A DNA stretch of 63,350 nucleotides, filler included, from Octopus bimaculoides (lineage: Eukaryota): the NCBI RefSeq assembly GCF_001194135.2. It is 10 parts of 10 records of this genome, joined end to end, with 100 filler letters (N's around TTAATTAATTAA, not from the genome) between each part and the next. Parts side by side here need not be neighbours in the genome. Positions count along the whole stretch, not along the records: positions 32,940 to 51,840 come from NC_068996.1; 9 more parts are not named here. One strand, given 5' to 3'. Positions within the stretch are counted from its first letter, which is position 1. Each line of letters begins with the position of its first letter. The translations under genes were made by a program, and so were the position numbers. Positions 36,933-49,800 of the stretch are shown piece after piece. A model generated the notes under the pieces. The model saw nothing but the letters and a program-made list of their open reading frames with translations, had not been told where the DNA came from and ran no database searches.

Positions 36933-38560
36933 ATCAATATTGGCACCATGAAAGCTGGATTTAGACAGATCGTAAAGATACTAGAGTGGAGGCAAATAAA
37001 TGTGTGTTGTGTACAAGAGGCAGGATGGAATGGAATCTCAGTCACACTCCTAATAGGCCAAGAATGCAGGTACAAATTCTTCTGAGTGGTAAAATATTGA
37101 AATTTGTAAAGTAAAGATATTGTTGGCAGAGAAATGGCTTAAGTAACTAAAGTAGTCAGGGTATGCGACAGAATAATTAAGTAATGCATATACACCAAAA
37201 TCAAGACTTCTGATCATGAGCCCTCATGAGGCCCTCAAGCAAATTACCTTAATGACAGACAACAGTAACCTCATTATGATGGCTGGTGATTTGAATGACA
37301 TCATGACAACTATTCCAATGTATATTAGAGATTTTGTTATCTTACATGAAATAAAGCAGAACCAAAGAATTTGGAATTTTGCGATGCAAATGACCTAGAC
37401 ATTTGCAACATTAACTTCAGAAAATTGGCCAGCCAGCTTTGGTGGCTTAAGTCTGTCTTAGATGAACATATATGCTAGGTAGTCTTCATAGTCACCAATA
37501 AATGAGATAGACAGGTCTTTCTTTGGCCAACATTAATAAGTGATTAGTGACTTCATTCAAAATAACAGCTAAACAAATCTAGAGACTGAAGACAAGCCAG
37601 AGAAAGAAGGTATGGAAAATGAAAGACAACTCAACCAGATTTAGGGACAAAAAAGTACTACATGAGGTATATGTTGAGAATGAGGAAGAGCCAGAGACCT
37701 AGGACACAGAAGACAACTGGGAGTTTCTACAAGACAACCTGATGTGAGCAATAGACCAGATATATGGAGAGAGTAAAATTCCATTTAGAAAGAAAAATGG
37801 TGATGGAGTGGCATGGTAATTAGAACCATAAAAGCTAAAAGACTAGAAGAAAGTGGGGAAGCAATCAACAATATTAGATAGCTTGAAGAAAGGGATACTT
37901 AGCAAAAAAGAAGCATGAAACTCAGAGATATGAAGTATTTTATATCTCAAAGAAGAATTGTGGGAACTATGCACTTAACCTCACAAATAAAGTAAAGAAT
38001 ACAGCATGAAGAGGGCCTTTAAGAGGGCACCATGCTCTCAAATTTGGTGGTCATTAGGTAAACTAGATGTAAATGAATGGCTTACATGGGCTGAGCAAGC
38101 CATGTATGGAGAAGTTGTCAATGAGTTTAACAAGGAATTTAGCAAGAAGGCTGGCATCCATTATGGCTTGGTTTTCAACCCAATGCTGAATCCATCATAA
38201 ATTAGAGAAAAAAATTTCAAATGTGAAGCCAAGCCAAGAATTGAGAGGCATTAAAATAAACCTAACAAAGAAAAATATAAAAGAAGACAGGACTCTGCTG
38301 TCATCTGTCATGTTTACTATACAGAAAAAGAGTAGGTAGATGGTCTATAGAGTATACTGAATGTAATATATGATAGGAAGATGTAATGGAGTTTCAAGCT
38401 GGCAGAGAAGGACTTTCTATACTTAGTGGTAGTTAGAAGTCACAGCATCTGTACAAGAAATTTTCTCAGATGTTTAGAGTGCTTTCTATAAGTAGTTAAT
38501 AGTTTCCAGTACCTAGATGAGTAAATAAGCACTGAAGAAAATTATTCCAAAAGCATTATA
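36933..38560 (+). mobile_element. Old, heavily decayed RTE LINE (EN to RT)
   Basis: INIGTMKAGFRQIVKILEWRQINVCCVQEAGWNG...CRYKFF matches the EN N-terminus of the 46.8-50.6 kb element; later gtagttaatagtttccagtacctag (VVNSFQYL). Many stops and indels. Confidence 0.75.
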
Positions 38561-41500
38561 AGAAAAAGAGGGATGGGAAAGGTTCAAAGAACTATTGCTT
38601 TTGGTATTCTTCCTCTAAATTGTGTACAAAATATGATGTTGCATAGTGATGATACATAAGTACTCTATGTAGAAGAGATATAAAGGCTGAGAAGAAATGT
38701 AGCAAGCATGCATAAATGTGTAAAGTTAAAGGAGCATGAATGAACTTAAAGAAAAAAATCAGATGAATTGGGATAAAGATGATTTTTAAAATGCTGCTAC
38801 AATTAATGATTATCGTTTGTCGTGGAATCTCCAACATTTTAAAAAGAACTCAAACTGAAAGAATAACAAATCAATCCTACTATGTTAATTTGCTTTCAAT
38901 ATTCATTCTATGTTTAGAGAAACCACTTGAAAAACAGTCAGTCATTCATGTAAATTTTCAGAAGAAATGAAATTTTATTTTGTCTTTTCCAATACTTTGA
39001 GCAGTCTTATTCATTATTGTTCATTAATGAAGGACTTAGTTGAGATGAAATACTTAGAATATTTGGCTGCTGCAGAGCAAGGGTTCTCGAACTAGGGTAG
39101 GCAAGAGAAAATGTATGTACAGGGATGCAAGGTTTGTAAAAACACTGGAATTCTGAAGAAAACACAACCAGCTAAAAGCAACTTGCGTCTCTGGAAGATG
39201 TGTGGAAAGTCTTTTGCTGTTCCTTTCCACAAAAAATTGTGAACAAGGGTTTTCAGCAATGTTTTAACTAAATTTCATGCAAGACATTAACTGAAGATAT
39301 GGTGTGCCTCTCTGAAATTGCTTAGAATTGAATTATTTGAAAGAAAGAGCCAAGCCAATTCATTACATTAAAAATGCAACATTAAATTAAATGAAACTGA
39401 TTTCTTATAAAGGCACACACATTTTAGGAGAGTGAACAATTAATTATATCAACCCTGGTACCTGATTCCTACTTTATTTTATTGACCCCATAAGGATGAA
39501 AAGTAAAGGGGACCACATCAGAATCTGAAATATTTAAATTAAATTAATTAATTATTAATACTGAATTAATAATGTATCTATTGTCTGTTCTACAGCATCC
39601 AAACATTTTTGCATGATGTTCTTAAGATGGAGTATGCTAACACTATTAGACATGATGAAGGGGTATGCTGGAAGAAAAAGTTTTAGAACCTCTGCTATAG
39701 AGTTGATTATAAAAAATCAGCATCTCTAATCTGTCTCAGAAAAAGAGACCTTGCATGTATGCATGTCTGTTTCAATAAGTGCACACTAGAGACATGTAAG
39801 AATGGGGGGTTTTAAAAGCTAGGATAATGTGAATGGGCTGTTTCAACAGTATTATGAACCTATGGGACAAAGTAATGCACTTGAGCTGCCCCTACATACA
39901 CAACAGACAATACCTAGATTAACATTGCCCCAAGACCTGTGGAACCTCAGGATTCAGCAACTGTCCAAGGTTTCCATGTGTATTGGGTGTAAACACTGAT
40001 GCAAAAATAAAGATATCTAATTCTTTGTTAACATTTTAAACTGCAATTTTTTTCCAGTGTATAAATAGGTTGAGGGGAAATGCATAATTTCTCTCAATAA
40101 TTTAGAACAATGCTGAAGTTGGATGAATGCACTTACCTGGCTAAACAGTTACTTGATTAAACAAGAGCAAAATTAGCATGGTTTAAAAAAGTAAATCAAT
40201 AAATCATCTAAATCTATTTATTGTTGATATAAAATTATCCTAAAGTTACAACTAAATTAATTTGATCCTTTTATTTCATGCATGCAGGATATGGCAATAT
40301 AGCATTTTACAGCTATATTTTAACTACGAGATTTGGTCTTGGTTTGCAGGAGCAGTCACTCTCACAGTTAAAATGATCCTTTGTATTACTAATCACCAAG
40401 CTATAAAATGAGAATTATTTCTAGATTTGATCATACAAAAAATATACATACAAAAGAGTTATAAAGAAATGTAGAAATTAATGCATTTTCAGAAAATGTG
40501 ATTAATATTAATCCAGAGTTAGAACCTTTTTTGTTTGTATATAGGTTATTTGAAAATGAAAATAAATCATAAATATAAACATATATGCTATGTATACAAT
40601 TCATACATTGATATGTATTATGTATTCATAAATAGATATTTTTACATATAAACTGAAATGCATGTTTCTCTAAATTTTAATATTTTTTAATGCCAGGTTA
40701 ATAATAAGTTTTAATGTCAGGTATTTTTAATAATTAGTTTTAATGTCTAGCATATTTTTAATGTCAAGTTAATTAATAATTATACATAGCAAAAGAAAAG
40801 ATTTTATCTAAAACTAGATCTTTGTTCTAATGAAAACAAAATTATGGTGAATATATTTTCAAATATCAGTTACATGTATAACATAAAAAAATATTGTGCA
40901 TAGCAACTATAGGTGCCTAAACATGCAAGAAATATTTCAGATCCTGTGCGTATGTGTGTGTCAAAGAGAAGGCATTTAAATACAAATATTTAGATTTCCA
41001 ACAAATCAAATAAACATTACAATCAGGAGCTGTATAATAAGGGTTACGCATACACTTCATATATATATATACATACATATACACGTGTGTGAGTGTGTAT
41101 AAACTGTAAAACAAATGTTTATGTTCCACAAAGTTGTAACATAAATCTTAAAACCGGATGTGTGTATATCGACATACAAAGTGAGCAATTTTAACTAATA
41201 ATTAATAGATAACATTAAATAAGACCATGAGCAGCTATTAATTTCCTATCTACTTGTGTCTAAGTAAGAAATAATATACAATTGTATCTAAAAATAAATT
41301 TTAAAAATATAATCACTATACTTATATAACTATGAAAATAAAGAAACTGTCAAATTTATAAAACTAAAAATAAATTTCAAAAATTCAATATAAAATTTTA
41401 AAATACCAAAAATATCAAGGTAAAGTAACAAGCATTGATGGATAAAAACTAATATGAAAATGTTTAAATACATTTGAAATGAGGAACTGACTTAATGCCT

Positions 41501-43146
41501 TCTCTAAGATTTTTATTCTAAAAAAGTTTTGAGTAACTAACAATGTTGAGCCACACTAATTAATAATACTTGAACTAAATAGTTGAATAGTTTAACTTGA
41601 ATTAAACTGAAATACTTGAAATTTATTCTTGTGTGTGTGTGTGCGTGTGTGTGTGTTACAAATAATAAAATCAAGAAATGAACTGCCATCTGACAAAACT
41701 GCTTTTAAAAATATTTTTTGTACACCTAAGCCTATTATTTTATAAAATATAATTATTTGCAACTATAGCAAATTTTTTTTTAAATGAAGGTTTGGAATAA
41801 GCTACCCCTACCATAACTTAAAAAAAAAATTTTAAACATTTTAGGAGAAAAGAATTCTTTATATTTCTGTTTTAAACACAATTGTAATTACTTAAAACAT
41901 ACGTGTTCCCGAGCTACACAATTGATTGAAAAAATAGGATTTTAAATAAAATTAAATTTACAAAAATACATTCCAGTATAATGATCTTTCCCTTAAATGT
42001 TGTACTTCTTTATGAAGGCCACACCTGGCCCTTCAGAAGGCTGAATTTAGCATTCAGAATGCTACATGCAACTTTCAGGTGACAGGTTTTTCCCACTCTG
42101 CATTATGTAAAAGACATCCTATGAAACAGTAATTATTTTTGGGCAGATTTGGTTGCTTTTTGTGCAAATCAAGTGACTTTCTTCATTGGTTTATATAATA
42201 CCAATAATAAACATTAGCCACTTGGTGTTTGTGTGTGTGTGTGTGTGTGTGTTGGGGAAGAGGAAAAGATGGAAGGAGAAAGTTAAATATCAAATAATAA
42301 AAACCTAAAGATATTGTAAAATCATAAAATGAGAGAAGTTTATAAATTTTCAAACATAGCTACAATGAAAAACATTTAAATTATGAAGTCGGAAATTAAC
42401 ATATTTAAAAAAAGATTTTGCTCTTTTTGATATGAAATATGATAAATTGAAATACCTACTTATTCAGTGGGTACATGCATACATTCTTTCTAAGAATCAC
42501 CTTATAGTAGTAGAATGGTATAGACTCATGAACCTAAAAGCAACAGCATCTGAGGTATGCACTAAATATAGTTCTCTTGATGATAAAGTCCATGAGGAGT
42601 TGTTAGACTAAATAATATGACAGGAATATATCTTTAGACCAAAATTGTCAACATATGATGGGTGATATGCAACAACATTTTATTTCATATTTTAGTTACA
42701 AGCATCAACTACTACATCTTCTGTTGTAGATGACACACTGAGATTAGAAATTGGTAACTTTGTTTTTCACTGCAGACAAAAAAGCATATAAACTTAAAAC
42801 TTTCAGTACCTACTTATGTTTTTTAAATTGTGTTAAAATTAGCAGCATGTTGTAAAAACCTACACAAGAAGCTATTTAAATGCTTTTGCAATAATTATTT
42901 AAAATTGTTTTCTTTCTTCTTAATAATTATTTTTTACATAAAGACATAGCTGAGGAAGGGGAATAAGATTGTATAATATCTTTCCTAAGAGCATAATGTT
43001 GAGAATGAATTCAATGAATCAGGAATCAATTTGCAAATTTGGCTTTACTAAACATTTATCTTCTACCCAAGACTAATTATTTTTTAACATGATTTTGCAT
43101 AAGTGAGAACAGATGCCAACAAACAGAGATACACTCACATGCACAG

Positions 43147-43184
<38 letters not shown>

Positions 43185-43194
43185 GGATACTAAT

Positions 43195-43740
43195 AGCTCC
43201 ATAAAATAGTGCTCATCTCTCAAAGTAGATGGAACACATGGAAGTGGGAGACCCAGAAAGATGTGGGACAAAGTACTGAAGAAGGACCTCTGGACCCTGA
43301 ACCTTTCAGGCAAGATGACAAAGGACCAAGATGCCAGGTACCTTGCTGTGCTCCACAGCAGAAGTGTTAAAGCTGGTCTTCCTGGTAGAGAGGATTGGCT
43401 GGCAAGAGTCCTGTGCAGGTGCCATGTAAAAACATCTGTGTGGTGCCATATAAAAGCACTCATGTGGTACCATGTAGAAACATCCATGTGATGCCATGTA
43501 AAAGCACCTGTGCAGTGCTATGTAAAAGCGCCTGTGCAGTCCTGCATAAAAGTGCCCATGCGGTGCCATGTAAAAACACCCAGCACACTCTGCAAAGTGA
43601 TTGGTGTTAGGAAGGCCATACAGCCATAGAAACCATACTAAATCAGACTGGAGCCTGGACAAAGCTCTCCAGCTTTGGTTCAACTATCCAACCCATGCCA
43701 ACATGGACAAAGCCTGTCAAATGATGATGATGATGATGAT
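43195..43740 (+). mobile_element. RTE 3' end with 3' UTR minisatellite and (GAT)n tail
   Basis: SLKVDGTHGSGRPRKMWDKVLKKDLWTLNLSGKMTKD; about seven diverged ~22-bp units (gtgccatgtaaaagcac) at 43415-43580; ends ccaacccatgccaacatgg...(GAT)n. Confidence 0.85.
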
Positions 43741-44802
43741 ATGTATATATGTTAAAGAATTTTCTTTGTCTTCTTCTTATCATCTGGTATATATATATAT
43801 ATATATNNNNNNNNNNNNNNNNNNNNNNNNNNNNNNNNNNNNNNNNNNNNNNNNNNNNNNNNNNNNNNNNNNNNNNNNNNNNNNNNNNNNNNNNNNNNNN
43901 NNNNNNNNNNNNNNNNNNNNNNNNNNNNNNNNNNNNNNNNNNNNNNNNNNNNNNNNNNNNNNNNNNNNNNNNNNNNNNNNNNNNNNNNNNNNNNNNNNNN
44001 NNNNNNNNNNNNNNNNNNNNNNNNNNNNNNNNNNNNNNNNNNNNNNNNNNNNNNNNNNNNNNNNNNNNNNNNNNNNNNNNNNNNNNNNNNNNNNNNNNNN
44101 NNNNNNNNNNNNNNNNNNNNNNNNNNNNNNNNNNNNNNNNNNNNNNNNNNNNNNNNNNNNNNNNNNNNNNNNNNNNNNNNNNNNNNNNNNNNNNNNNNNN
44201 NNNNNNNNNNNNNNNNNNNNNNNNNNNNNNNNNNNNNNNNNNNNNNNNNNNNNNNNNNNNNNNNNNNNNNNNNNNNNNNNNNNNNNNNNNNNNNNNNNNN
44301 NNNNNNNNNNNNNNNNNNNNNNNNNNNACGCATATACATGTATGCATGTATGTGTGTGTATGCATATATATGCATGTGTGCACGTTTGTATGTATGTATT
44401 CTGTATATCCATGTGTTTGTGTGTTCATGTTTGTATGCGTGTGTGTGTGTGTGTGTGCTTGTGTTCATGTGTGTGTGTGTATGTATTTGTGTGTGTACCT
44501 CTGTCTCCTTGTGTGTGCATGTTTGAGTGTGTCTGTGTATGGGTTAGTGTGACTATGTATGTGTGTCTGTTATGCATAGATGTGTATCTCCATATGTGTT
44601 CTTGTATGTGTATATGGTCATGTGTTTCATTCTTCATTTGTATGTGTTTGTGCCCATCTATCCATATTGCCTATGTATCTGTATACCTGTTCATACATGT
44701 TTCCATTTACCCACATATATATACATACATACATACATATATATGTATATTTACATACACACATACACATACACAGACACACGCATATGCCTATACACAC
44801 AC

Positions 44803-45298
44803 ACCATGACCTAGGTAGATTCTGCCCTGTCAGGTCACAGAAGAGAAGATCATACACCATCACCTCAGTGGCAAAGAAAAGTACTGCAGAGCACTGGAGT
44901 GGCTGGACCACATTCACCCAAAACCCTGAGAACAACAATCAGGCGAAAAGAATGATTGTACATGCAATAGGGGCTAGCATAAGAACCACCTTGAAGAACC
45001 ACGTAATAAAGTGTAAAAAGAAACTATATATGCAGGTTCAAGGTGCAGCCATTGGTGTAGATGTAGTCAGCCTCTTCATGACTTAGCAAAACAATCCACT
45101 ATTACTATTTTACTTTACAGTAAGTATGTAGTTGACACTAACATTCTAGTTAGGACAGACTCTAGTAACTGCAACATAAAAACTGAGAGGAGCAGTATCA
45201 AGATAACTATAGATTACTCCACCAGGCACCCTAACAGCAGACTCCCTGTCCTTGATACTAAACTTTGGGTAGAGACTGTGAACAACAGCGTGCAGCTC
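44803..45298 (+). mobile_element. Penelope-like element RT fragment (internally deleted)
   Basis: HDLGRFCP.R...TITS...W.GW...QNPENNNQ.K.MI.HAIGASI.TTLKNH..K..KKLY.QVQGAAIG, then DYSTRHPNSRLPVLDTKLWVETVNN; homologous to 51341-51840; starts at a (CA)n tract. Confidence 0.85.
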
Positions 45299-45442
45299 AA
45301 CTTAGCTAATCATCAGGCCAATTAAGGTTACATTGTCATTTGGAATTTCCACTCACATCTGCATGAGTTAACTTAGAAATTCCAAGTGACAATGTAACCT
45401 TCATTTAATTAAAGTATTCTTCACCTGATGATTAGCTAAGTT
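45299..45442. repeat. Nested inverted repeats (19-bp outer, 26-bp inner)
   Basis: AACTTAGCTAATCATCAGG (45299-45317) pairs with 45424-45442; 45324-45349 pairs with 45376-45401 with one G-T mismatch. Confidence 0.93.
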
Positions 45443-46841
45443 TAGTACCCCTAATTGAATAATTATTACATCAGAGGATCAGCTACCTAAGAAACATATG
45501 TAACCTGAATTTTACCCTCTCCACTCCCTCAAGTTGTTAACCATGAGTGATACAAAAACTTACAGTTATCATATTTGTCCATAACTTCAATATGGAACCT
45601 TTGATGTCAATAAATTGTCATTGCTCCTGATCATACACTATCCACTTTTTGTTCTCTATACCTGCCAAACACTGTTTGAGGATTACAAACTTCCTACACT
45701 TGGATCCCTTGTATATCTCTATCTACCTATATCTACACACACACACACACACATTCTCTGCAGTCAGTTACTACTTACTTTCTCTTGAAGATCATCTAAA
45801 ATTAAACATTTTGATATCTCATTTGTGAAATTTGGATGAATAATTTAGGAAATATAACAATTTGATGGTCAGGGAAATGGTTGAAATTTTGTCTAATTTG
45901 CATAAATGAATAAGTAGCTATGTTTGCAATATCATTGAAACTGAAAAGATAATCGTCTTCAAATTACACAAATTAGTAGTTATCATGGTATAGTAGTTGC
46001 TTAATCTTTTTCATGTTCTTGAAAAGAATTTTTTTTTGCTTTTATTTTAAATACTTATGTAAAGCCTATTTTGTTACATGTGCCAAATGGTCAATTTCTG
46101 CAGTGTTTTCAGACCTAGCTAAATCCAAAACTACAAGCCACAGGAGCTTGAGTTTTGGCGCATTTGTAGTAGATATGGAGGTAAATAAATCATGAAATTC
46201 TGGGACATGAAAAGCATTTCCATAAAATTTTAATTAGATTAATTAAAAATGGCTATAAATGGTAGAATTTCAGATCAGGATGCCCACATAAGTTGGATTT
46301 TTTGTTTTGATGGGGATTTTCCCCATTTTTTTTTTCTCACCATGGGCTTGGAAATGATGGAAAGAAGCTTTTTATGAAAAAAGTTTTTAGGAAAATTTGT
46401 CTGATTTAGGCTAGGTTTTTTGGCACTAGGCACTTAAAAAGCAATTGGAAAAGCCTTTATAGTAAGAAAATAAATTATGAAAATATTTTGAGATGAAAAG
46501 GTATGTGATTTAAGGGAGTTTAGCAGCTTTTCTAGCACATCCCATGACAACCTGGTAATGTGCAAGCATTTCATGTATATTCATACATGGCTATATTGAG
46601 ATCCATTATTTGTAGGGGGCTCAGTTTTGATACACTGGTATGGGGTATAAAACTGAATCTTCTCTAACTTTGGAGCTTTACTATAGATTTAATAAGTATC
46701 CTTGGAAAGCATTGTGGAAGGGGTGACATACAATTTGACCATGCCAATACCCATCTTTTGGTACATTATTTTCATGACAAAATACCTATTTTCTTTGGAA
46801 AATTATATATCATTTGAAAACTCTGGATGTGAACTTTGTTC

Positions 46842-49800
46842 TCATCATCATCATCATCATCGTTTAATGTCCGCTTCCCATGTTAGCATGGGTTGGACGA
46901 TTTGACTGAGGACTGGTGAAACCAGATGGCTACACCAGGCTCCAATCTGATTTGGCAGAGTTNNNNNNNNNNCTGGTACTGGTGCCATCACAATTTCGCT
47001 TTCGCTTGCCCCAACAGGTCTTCGCAAGCCGAGTTTAGTGTTCAATGAAGAAGTTGGCATGGATGCCAGTCTACAAAGTTAGTTCGATTCAATTTCGATT
47101 TCACTTGCCTCAACAGGTCTTCGCAAGCAGAGTTTAGAGTCCACAGAAGGAATGTTACGCATAAGTGGGCTGGCTACATCCTTGGCAGAGGCCTTGGATT
47201 TTGGTCTATCCCTGGCCCTGGCAGAGGCCTTGGANNNNNNNNNNAAGGAATGTTACGCATAAGTGGGCTGGCTACATCCTTGGCAGAGGCCTTGGATTTT
47301 GGTCTATCCCTGGCCCTGGCAGAGGCCTTGGATTTTGGTCTCACTTGGCTTGCCGGGTCTTCTCACATACAGCATATTTCCAAAGGTCTCGGTGAGGCCT
47401 AAAGTTCGGAAGTCGTGCTTCACCACCTCATCCCAGGTCTTTCTGGGCCTGCCTCTTCCACAGGTTCCCTCAACCGCTAGATTGTGGCACTTTTTCACAA
47501 AGCTATCATCATCCATTCTCACCACATGTCCATACCAGCACAATCGTCTCTCTTGCACACCACAACTGATGCTTCTTAGGTTCAACTTTTCTCTCAAGAT
47601 ACTTACACTCTGTCGGGTATGCACACTGACATTATTCATCCATCGGAGCATACTGGCTTCCTTCGTTGCGAGCTTACGCATGTCCTCAGCAGTCACGGCC
47701 CATGTTTCACTGCCATGTAGTATGGCTGTTCGTACACATGCATCATACAGTGTGCCTTTTACTCTGAGCGAGAGGCCCTTTGTCACCAGCAGAGGTAAGA
47801 GCTCTCTGAACTTTGCCCAGGCTATTCTTATTCTAGCAGCTACACTTTCAGCGCACCTACCCCCACTACTAACTTGGTCAGCCAGATAGAGGAAGTTATC
47901 AACTACCTCTAGTTTTTCTCCCTGGAATGAGACAGAAGTGGTTTTCTGCATATTTTCAGTGTTTATTGCACCTGAACATCTGCCACATACAAAAACTAAC
48001 TTCCTAGTTAACCTGCCTTTGATATTGCTGCACCTCTTATGTGTCCATAGCTTGCACTGGGTACATCTTATAGAGTTTCTATCTACATCTTTTCTACAGA
48101 TTACCCGACTAAACACCCCAACAATAGGCTCCCGGTACTTGATACTGAACTTTGGTTAGAGACTGTGAACAATAGAGTGCAGCTCCTCCACTCATATTAT
48201 ATGAAACCCATAGCTTCAAAACATGTTGTTCACAAGAACTCAGCTTGTCTACCATTTTGTCTACCTTCCTACTTATTAGAACTTTGGTTTTAGCTAAGTT
48301 GAACCTAAGGCCCTTTGATTCTAGTCCTTGATTCCACACCTGAAACTTCTCTAGTTCTGATAGTGATTCAGCAATTAGTGCAAGGTCGTCAGCATAGAGG
48401 AGCTCCCAGGGGCATCCTGTCTTGAATTCCTATTATTGCCTGGAGGACTATGATAAATAGGAGGGTGCTGAGGACTGAACCTTGGTGGACCCCTGCCTCT
48501 ACCTGGAATTCTTCACTGTACTCATTGCCAACCCTCACCTTACTGACAACGTCTCTGTACATGGCTCGCACAGCTCTCACTAACCATTCTTCTTTCCCTA
48601 GTTTCCTCATTGACCACTAGATAAGGGATTAGGGGACCCTGTCAAAGGCTTTCTCCAAGTCAATGAAAGCCAGGTACAGAGGTTTATCCTTGGCTAGGTA
48701 TTTCTCCTGCAGCTGTCTTACCAGAAATATAGCATCAGTGGTGCTTTTCCCTGGCACGAACCCAAACTGCATCTCATCTAAGCTGACTGTCTCCCTAATT
48801 AGTTGGGCTATGACCCTCTCCGTGACTTTCATTACCTGATCCAACAACTTGATACCTCTGTAGTTATTTGTATCTAAGGTGTCACCTTTACCTTTGTAAC
48901 AGTTGACTATGATGCTGCTACACCAGTCATTGGGTATGACTCCTTCGCGTACCACCTGGTTAACAATATGGGTGACTAGGCTATAGCCAACACTGCCAGA
49001 TATTTTGAGCATCTCTGCAGTGATTCCAGATGGGCCGGGCCTTCCCTGTCTTCATACTCTTAATTGCTTTATCTACCATGGTACAACCAACTCGGATAGC
49101 TGGTCCCTCTGTTGGGTCAACATTCAGCAGACTATCTTTCTCCCATTCATTCTCTTTATTGAGCAATCTTTCATTGTGACGTCTCCAAACCTCTTTCTTA
49201 GCAGCCTCATTTAGAGCAAGCGTATCATCATCCATGCGAACACATTTCTCTCCCATGACATCACGATTCTCTCTTCAAGTCTTTGGTCCTCACGGCGCAG
49301 AACATTGGCAAACTTTTTCTTATCTGCTTCTCCTCTGGCTAGATAAACCTGTCTCTTAGCTTCCCTTCTAGCAGTCTTATACACTTCTCTGCTACCTTCA
49401 TTCTTCCAGTCCTTCCAAGCCTGTTTCTTTTGTCTGATAGCCCTGTCAACCACATTGTTCCACCACCAAGTTACTTTGCATCGAGAGGGGACTTTACACC
49501 AGCCACAGATCTGGTCGGTGGCACTCAGCAGGTTGTCCCGAAGGAACCTCCAGTTGTCTTCCATGTTGTTTGATGCTATATCCCCTTCTATTTCATCAAA
49601 TGCTTCAAGTAGTATGTCTCTAAATCTCTGTCCGTTTGCTGGATCTTTAAGTTTCCAAACCCTTCTCCGTCAAATCAGTCTACTTCTGGGCATCCTTTTT
49701 GCCTTGATCCCGAAGTCGCTAACTACTAATCTGTGTTGAGGGGTACATTCTTCGCCAGGGAAGGTTTTGGCATTTATAAGCCGCCCTCTTTCCCTATTTC

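Noticed and set aside
39595-39695. Plus-strand exon candidate (IQTFLHDVLKMEYANTIRHDEG) with a good acceptor
   Set aside because: Its ends resemble decayed hAT-MITE termini (cagcatccaaacattttt ... aaaaagttttagaacctctg), two frames are open, and no partner exon is supportable.
43415-43580. CRISPR-like array
   Set aside because: The units are contiguous diverged tandem repeats without unique spacers, inside a LINE 3' UTR in eukaryotic DNA; no cas genes.
47147-47332. Exact ~88-bp tandem duplication in the RTE 3' region
   Set aside because: The identical copies straddle a 10-N mini-gap, typical of unmerged overlapping contigs.
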